The position numbers were made by a program, and so were the translations under genes. DNA of 64,000 bases from Eledone cirrhosa (taxonomy: Eukaryota). Location of the stretch: NCBI GenBank assembly GCA_964016885.1, contig OZ024741.1, forward strand, positions 39,370,001-39,434,000. Reading direction: 5' to 3'. The stretch's first letter is position 1; every line of letters begins with the position of its first letter. Under the pieces are notes generated by a model that worked only from the letters and a program-made list of their open reading frames with translations, was not told the origin of the DNA and searched no databases. Below are positions 55,871-64,000 of the stretch, one piece after another.

Positions 55871-56111
55871 CATACATACATATATACTGACATATATTTC
55901 AATACATGCCTACATTTTCTCGGTCTATGAACGAGCGCATGTCTTTCTAAATAGAATGTATCCATATTATCATATTATCTGAAAATGTTGGGCTGTGCTG
56001 CCATCAACGTGCATACATAAGCAGCACAGCTTCGTATATCTATGGAACCGTAAATCTCAGTGCACTCGTAGGGCCTCCATCATGATATACGGCATTTGGG
56101 GACCATATTAA

Positions 56112-56331
56112 CCCTTTAGCATTTACATTACTCTATATTTACTATTATATTTTCACGGTGAAGGCTTTACTTTACATAATAATCTCACATAATATGGAAT
56201 CTATGAGATTGTGATATTATTTATTTTGAGAACAATAACTTAACATAAGTATGAGCGACCGGTTACAGCAAGTTTGAACAGAAAGGGTGAGAGAATTCCG
56301 GCCTGATACGGTCGGTTTAAATGCTAAGGGG
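56112..56331. mobile_element. piggyBac-like MITE, 220 bp, uninterrupted copy
   Basis: TTAA|CCCTTTAGCATTTA ... TAAATGCTAAGGGG|TTAA. Confidence 0.88.
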
Positions 56332-56565
56332 TTAAATCTGGCAGATTCCATCCCCATTGATGTCTGAATACAGAAAATGTCTTACAGAAAAAGATCGAAA
56401 GAGAGGGACAGAAGAAGAATCGATCTTCCCTACTGGAATGGTAATATTCTTATCGACCTTGTAAAGATGAAGGTTGATTTAATGGGATGTGATCTGAGAG
56501 AGTGGACAGCTGGAATACCGCAAAGATTTCTATCCGATACTCTGCCAATTCTCTGTCTTGTTAAT

Positions 56566-56982
56566 TATGAGGTTACCTTTGGTTTTCATCCTTACGTGGT
56601 CGATAAAATAAAGTACCAGTAATGTACTGGGTAATTGCTGGTGTCTTGTGCCAAAAGCAGAAACAATTATACATATATACGTATATTCATACGCGCACAC
56701 ACACACACACACATACAGACAGACACACTTACACATGCATACAGACATACATACAGACAGACACAGACACAGTCACACTCACTCACGCACACACACAAAC
56801 ACAAACATATATATATATACATACACTTTGCTTTTAATGATGAATATAATTGTTTCTACTTTTGGCACAAGGCCAGCAAATATCCCAGTCCATTACTGGT
56901 ACTTTATTTTATCGACCCCGTGAGAATGAAAGGCAAAGTTAACCTTGGCGGGATTTGAACTCAGACCATAAAGGGCCGTAAC
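56566..56982. mobile_element. Two convergent truncated SINE family A copies (56566-56670 +, 56848-56982 -)
   Basis: Family body on each strand, separated by (CA)n. Confidence 0.8.
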
Positions 56983-57064
56983 GGCGTATTATTTGTGATT
57001 TTGTGTTGCAACTGTTACTAGTTGAAAGTGTCAGGGTCCCCCAGTCACATGGTGGTCTGTCCTG

Positions 57065-57337
57065 TTATGTGTCGTGCAGAAAACATATTAGGGAGCAATC
57101 TCGAACAACATGCCGTATTGTCTGGTCAGGATTCTCATAGTCACATGATGAGCTGTCTTTCATATTCCATCGATGGAGATAATGGGCTGTCCAGGCATGT
57201 GCTGTGTGAATCCGATTAAGGGGCACCCATTGCTTCCTGGAAAGGTCAAAGCCGGGTGGTTTAGATGTGGGATCCTGAACAAGGTCTTGGTTGGCAAATG
57301 TGGACTCGTTCCATGATCTTGACCACTCATACTTCAA
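57065..57337 (-). pseudogene. C-terminal fragment of a different LINE ORF2 (zinc-finger region)
   Basis: PPGFDLSRKQWVPLNRIHT...LHRWNMKDSSSCD..DQTIRHVVRDC resembles the LNR.RTG..H.W...C.C..QT..H...C terminus of LINE RT proteins. Confidence 0.75.
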
Positions 57338-57577
57338 ATCAAAGTTTTTACAGTGTGTGACATTTGCTCACCTTACAAAGTGCCTACAAGAAAATCATGT
57401 ATAACCAATGTAACAGTTGGAGGTAGGAAGTCAATAACTTAAGATTTTACCATTCTAATTCATATTTCACCTGTAGTTTCTTTTTAATTTACACTCTTAT
57501 GATTTGCTGTTGATATTGAGCATATTAATTTAAGTGATGACAATGTCAACGATGCCGAATTCGATGACGATGACGAC

Positions 57578-57613
<36 letters not shown>

Positions 57614-57904
57614 AATAGTGATGAGGATGGTGATGAGGATGGTGATAACGATGCTGGTAGTGATCATTTCAATGTGTGGGGTAGTGTTGTGTGCGATAGT
57701 GAGGAGGTGGGTAAAAATAAATATAAGCATGAAAATAGATTGTAAAAAGCAAACATTCCGATGCTTTTCGTTCAGATTCTGCAGAATTAGTTGATAAGTT
57801 TTGTTTTCTTCACCTTGAGCAATAAATTAAGAAAATCTATACCCCGTAGACCGGAACTTTGCTTCTCTAGGCAAAGAAACTAAGCAAACAAATAGGAAGC
57901 AAGC

Positions 57905-58014
<110 letters not shown>

Positions 58015-58015
58015 T

Positions 58016-58120
<105 letters not shown>

Positions 58121-58129
58121 GTATGTATG

Positions 58130-58191
<62 letters not shown>

Positions 58192-58272
58192 CATATATAT
58201 ATAATGTGGGTATATATATATATACATATATACGTATAATGTGTGTGTATATATATATATATATACATACAT

Positions 58273-58343
<71 letters not shown>

Positions 58344-59226
58344 TATTTACATACATACACATATGCACAGCACCCATGCATATATATATATATATATATA
58401 TATGAGTGGAGTGAGCGTGTGTGTGTGTGTGTGTGTTAGCTAATTAAAAATGAAATTAATTAATAAGAAATATGACGATTACATTTGGTTTAAATAGATT
58501 AACTAAAATAATATTGTAGACAACGTCACTTCTCATTGACATATTCCCCGGTGCACTGGTTACCATTCTGAAATATTTGGGCCTTCATATGTTGTGTATG
58601 TATATATGTGCACGCCTATGTATAAATATATATATGTGTGTGTGAATGTATGTATGTGCGTGTGTCAACGTGTATGTGTTTGTGTGTATGTATGTTTGTG
58701 CGTGAGTTTTGTGTGTGTGTGAGCTTATGTGTTTGTATGTGTGCGTCTATGTATGCATGTGTTTGTGTTTGTGTGTCTGTGTGTTTGTGTGGGTATGTGT
58801 GTGTGTCTATATGTGTGTGTATGTATGTGTGTGTGTTTTTGTTTGTGCGTGTGTTTATGTGTATGCATGTGTATGTATATGCTTGTGCATGTATGCATGT
58901 ATGTGTATGCATGTGTGTTTGTGTGCATGGATGTATGTGTGTGTGTATGTATGCGTGCTTATGTGTATGCATGTGCATGTGTGTTTATTTGTATTATGTG
59001 CATGTGCATGTGCATGTATATATGCGTGAGTATTCGTCTGTGTGGATGCGTGTGTGTATGTATATGTGCGTGTGTGTTTGTGTGTGTGTATGTATGCGTG
59101 TATGTTTGTGTGTATGTAAATTTTCGGGTTGTTGACGAATAAACTTCTCTCCAGAAAGACAAGACACAAACAACATCTACTAAAGAGGAGGATGACCCAA
59201 ACATAGCGTCAATTATGATTTGGCCA

Positions 59227-59410
59227 ACGGTGGATTGGCAGTATCGGTAGAGGGTCGGACGCCATGCTTTGAAGCAAAGAGTTACGGCCCTTTATGGTCT
59301 GAGTTCAAATCCCGCCGAGGTTAACTTTACCTTTCATCCTTACGGGGTCGATAAAATAAAGTACCAGTAATACACTGGTGTAATTGCTGGCCTTGTGCCA
59401 ATAGTAGAAA
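59227..59410 (+). mobile_element. SINE family A with TSD
   Basis: CAATTATGATTTGG on both sides. Confidence 0.9.
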
Positions 59411-59841
59411 CAATTATGATTTGGACATATATGGAAGCTGCATGATAGTGAAGAAGTTTACTTGGCAATTACATCGTGCCGAGTTCGATACGATACAGTC
59501 GCTTGATATGTGATATTTTTTGCGATGCAGGTTATTGCTGGCCATAGGCAAGTTCCAAGCAGGACTAAAAAGCCACGTCTGTGGTGATCATACTTAAGTA
59601 TCAAGCGATGGCATTACTCAAAATGGAGTATCTATGTATGTATGTATGTGTGTATGTATGTATGTGTGTGTGTATGTATGTATGTATGTATGTATGTATG
59701 TATGTATGTATGTATGTATGTATGTGTGTGTATGTATGTATGTATGTATTCCCAGTGAATGTTTTGGTTGGCCAACTCTGTGCAAGACAGTTTAGATTAT
59801 TGGGTGGGCTAAAAAGCCACATCACAGCACCGTTAATTGCT

Positions 59842-59915
<74 letters not shown>

Positions 59916-60270
59916 CGCGTGTATATATATACATACATATATATATATATATTATTATTATTATTGTCGTTATTATGTTTTCTTTTCGTGCAATGGCCAT
60001 ACTCGATAACGAGTGGGCAGCCATCATGTATGTATATAATGCACAGTCTTTCCTCACTTTAAAAAAATTCTTCACGCACAGGCATTGCACGATAGCTTTA
60101 ATTGATAATTATTAACAATGTTATATCGTGCAATGGCCATACTCAAAAACGAGGGGGCAGCCATCATATATGTATGTATGGATGCATGTATATATTTGTA
60201 AATGTATGCATGTATGTATGCATGTATGTATGTATGCATGGTTTTATAATTTCACAAAGTTTTACCAATA

Positions 60271-60547
60271 GAGAGAGTGGGACTGGGTTTGTGCAGTGCC
60301 TTTGCTCACTATAAAAGCTTCACGGCACAGGCACTGCTTTATATCTGGAGATCTCTCTGCACTTGTCGTCACATGGTACCATGGGCCCAGCACTATGTAT
60401 CAATAATTGTCACAAGTGTAGTGTCTGTACCAGAGTTTTTAAGTCGCTGGCTGGACTAAAAAATCACACTCGTTCAGCGCATCGGTAGGGGTTCTCCTAC
60501 ATGGATATAAAGTAGTGGCCGTACTCGAAAACGAGTTGGCAGCCACC
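60271..60547 (+). mobile_element. RTE-type 3' end (C2H2 finger remnant plus tail)
   Basis: [23 protein letters not shown] ending at 60488; tail GGCCGTACTCGAAAACGAGTTGGCAGCCACC; near-identical to 61505-61780. Confidence 0.7.
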
Positions 60548-61174
60548 ATGTTTGTTGTATGTATGTATATATGTATATATGTATATATATGTATGTATAT
60601 ATGTATATATATATATGTGTATGTATATATATATGTATATGTATGTGTATGTATGTGTATGTGTATGTATATATATGTGTATGTATATGTATGTATGTTG
60701 ATGTGTATATATGTGTTTATGTATGTATGTTGATATATATATGTATGTTTATGTATGTATGTTTATATATATATGTTTATATATGTATGTTTATATGTAT
60801 ATATGTATGTGTATATGTATATATATGTATATGTGTGTGTATATATGTATATGTGTATATATGTGTATATGTGTGTATATATGTATGTATATATATGTGT
60901 ATGTATGTGTACGTATGTATATGTATATGTATATGTATGTGTATGTATATGTATATGTATATATATGTGTATATATGTGTGTATGTATGTATGTGTATAT
61001 ATATGTGTATGTATGTGTATATATATATGTATGTGTATGTATATATATGTATATGTGTATGTATGTATATGTGTATATATGTATGTATATGTATATGTGT
61101 ATGTATATGTATATATGTATGTATGTATGTATGTATGTGTGTGTATGTATGTATATATATGTATGTATGTATGT

Positions 61175-61783
61175 CAGGTCACCAGTTGGTGCTACTGGTA
61201 ACATGTATCCCAGTACAACCTGTCTCATGGTTGGGTCGTTGGCGACTAAACTGGCAACCCCACCAAGGTTTCTTGGTGAGGAGGGTGACTTTGGACATCC
61301 TGCAGGACTAAAAACAAAACCTGTCAAAGGGCAAAGGAGTTCTTAAGAGTCAATGGCCATCCAAAATCACCGGGAGAGATGACCCCTTAGCCTTTGTCAA
61401 GGCAGAATTCTAGGAGAAGGAAAACTCTGATATAACACCTGCAACCCTGATGATATCCAATGATGTTGACTTGTTCTTCTTTTTGGTAAATATCATCTTG
61501 GTTAAGAGAGTGGGACTGGCTTTGTGCAGTGCCTTTGCTCACTATAAAAGCTTCACGGCACAGGCATTGCTTTATATCTGGAGATCTCTCTGCACTTGTT
61601 GTCACATGGTACCATGGGCCCAGCACTATGTATCAATAATTGTCACAAGTGTAGTGTTTGTAACAGAGTTTTCAAGTCGCTGGCTGGACTAAAAAGTCAC
61701 ACTCGTTCAGCGCATCGGTAAGGGTTCTCCTACATGGATATGAAGTAGTGGCCGTACTCGAAAACGAGTTGGCAGCCACCACC
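61175..61783 (+). mobile_element. ~610-bp non-autonomous, probably bipartite RTE-derived element
   Basis: Non-coding GC-richer 5' part joined to the same zinc-finger/tail 3' end, no RT; flanked by (TATG)n/(TA)n. Confidence 0.6.
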
Positions 61784-61816
61784 ATATATATATATATATA
61801 TGTATATGTATGTATG

Positions 61817-61868
<52 letters not shown>

Positions 61869-62258
61869 CTGTTTTTATGTATGTAGGTATGTATGTGTGG
61901 TTGTATGTATCTATTTGTTTATATATGTATGTCTCTTTCTCTTAATTTCGAGTATATTTTTTTGACCGGCCACCTTCCTGGTGGCAAGGTTGCAAAAGAA
62001 AAGAAATTGTCATCCCTTGAATCGCAAGAATGTTTTGCAAATTTTGAAGGTGCCAGCTATCGCAGCCATATGTAGACTATGAATTAGGGAGCTGTGCTTT
62101 TTGTCCGCAAATCCAAGTTCAGTCATACTTTGGTCCAAGCGGGTTGTATGTATGTATATATTAATGTATGTATGTATTTATATATGTATGTATTTATTTA
62201 TGTATGTATGCATTTAATATGTATATATGTATTTATGTATGTATATATAAGAGGTATA

Positions 62259-62371
<113 letters not shown>

Positions 62372-62589
62372 CAAGAAAGAGATAATGTGAACGGTAGGGA
62401 GAGATACATCCAAGCAGAAAATATGCGAGGGAAGAGGAATATGCAAATATGCAAATATGCAAATATGCAAATAATTAAGGAAGAGGGAGAGGGTGAGAAG
62501 ATATACAAACAGACAGATTGAAGAGGGAAGGTGTGAGTAGAGACAGAAGAGCGGAAAATAGGAAATGATAGGCAGAACAAAGAAAAGCG

Positions 62590-64000
62590 AATGTGTGTGT
62601 ATGTGAGTGTGCTGTGTGTGGGTGTGTGTGAGAGTGTGCTGTGTATGTGAGAGTGTGCTGTGTGTGTGAGTGTGTGCTGTGTATGTGAGAGTGTGCTGTG
62701 TGTGTGAGAGTGTGCTGTGTATGTGAGAGTGTGCTGTGTGTGTGAGAGTGTGCTGTGTATGTGAGAGTGTGCTGTGTGTGTGAGAGTGTGCTATGTGGTG
62801 TATGGATGTGTGCGTGAGAGTGTGCTGTGTGTGAGAGTGTGCTGTGTATATGTAATGGATGTGTGGTGTATGGTGTGTGTGTATGTGAGAGTGTGCTGTG
62901 TATATGTAATGGATGTGTGGTGTATGGTGTGTGTGTATGTGAGAGTGTGCTGTATGTGAGAGTGTGCTGTGTGTGTGAGAGTGTGCTGTGTATATGTAGT
63001 GGATGTGTGGTGTATAGTGTGTGTGTGTATGTGAGAGTGTGCTGTGTGTGTGTGAGTGTGCTGTGTATATGTAGTGGATGTGTGGCATATGGTGTGTGTG
63101 TGTATGGATGTGTGTGTATGTGGTGTATGGATGTGTGTGTATATGTGGTGTATGGATGTGTGTATATGTGGTGTATGGATGTATGTGTATATGTGGTGTA
63201 TGGATGTGTGTATGTGTAGTAGTTATGTGGTGTATGGATGTGTTTATGTGTAGTAGTTATGTTGTGTATGGTGTGTGTATGTGTAGTAGTTATGTGGTGT
63301 ATGGTGTGTGTATGTGTAGTAGTTATGTGGTGTATGGTGTATGTATGTGTTAGTATTATGTGGTGTATGGTGTGTGTATGTGTAGTAGTTATGTGGTGTA
63401 TGGTGTGTGTATGTGTAGTAGTTATGTGGTGTATGGATGTGTTTATGTGTAGTAGTTATGTTGTGTATGGTGTGTGTATGTGTAGTAGTTATGTGGTGTA
63501 TGGTGTGTGTATGTGTAGTAGTTATGTGGTGTATGGTGTATGTATGTGTAGCAGTTATGTTGTGTATGGTGTGTGTATGTGTAGTAGATATGTGGTGTAT
63601 GGATGTGTTTATGTGTAGTAGTTATGTGGTGTATGGTGTATGTATGTGTAGCAGTTATGTTGTGTATGGTGTGTGTATGTGTAGTAGTTATGTGGTGTAT
63701 GGATGTGTTTATGTGTAGTAGTTATGTTGTGTATGGTGTGTGTATGTGTAGTAGTTATGTGGTGTATGGTGTGTGTATGTGTAGTAGTTATGTGGTGTAT
63801 GGTGTATGTAAGTGTTAGTATTATGTGGTGTATGGTGTGTGTATGTGTAGTAGTTATGTGGTGTATGGCGTGTGTATGTGTAGTAGTTATGTGGTGTATG
63901 GATGTGTTTATGTGTAGTAGTTATGTTGTGTATGGTGTGTGTATGTGTAGTAGTTATGTGGTGTATGGTGTGTGTATGTGTAGTAGTTATGTGGTGTATG
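62590..64000. repeat. GT-rich minisatellites (~18-20-bp unit, then 33-34-bp unit running off the window)
   Basis: GTGAGAGTGTGCTGTGT units, then ATGTGTAGTAGTTATGTGGTGTATGGTGTGTGT units from ~63205. Confidence 0.92.

Overview
AT-rich, microsatellite-dense eukaryotic intergenic or intronic DNA with no host gene I can support. The SINE repertoire resembles what I recall from Octopus/cephalopods; this is an inference, not a database result. Main content: (1) a head-to-tail cluster of L1/Tx1-clade non-LTR retrotransposons at 16.1-30.0 kb (one apparently intact ORF1+ORF2 copy, two decayed copies, one orphan 3' tail), each ending in an (ATCT)n tract; (2) a 2.85-kb array of near-identical 310-bp units, each with a minimal type I hammerhead ribozyme (HHR), which flips orientation mid-array (4 HHRs on -, 5 on +); (3) several other unrelated HHR-bearing repeats (702-bp tandem, 635-bp unit, solo HHRs) and many fold-backs whose two 3' ends point outward into (TA)n, consistent with Penelope-like/retrozyme mobilisation; (4) many tRNA-headed SINEs with TSDs, mariner-, piggyBac- and hAT-like MITEs, a non-autonomous Helitron, RTE-type 3' ends clustered in (TATG)n, and minisatellites. 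Most ORFs in the supplied track are microsatellite artefacts.
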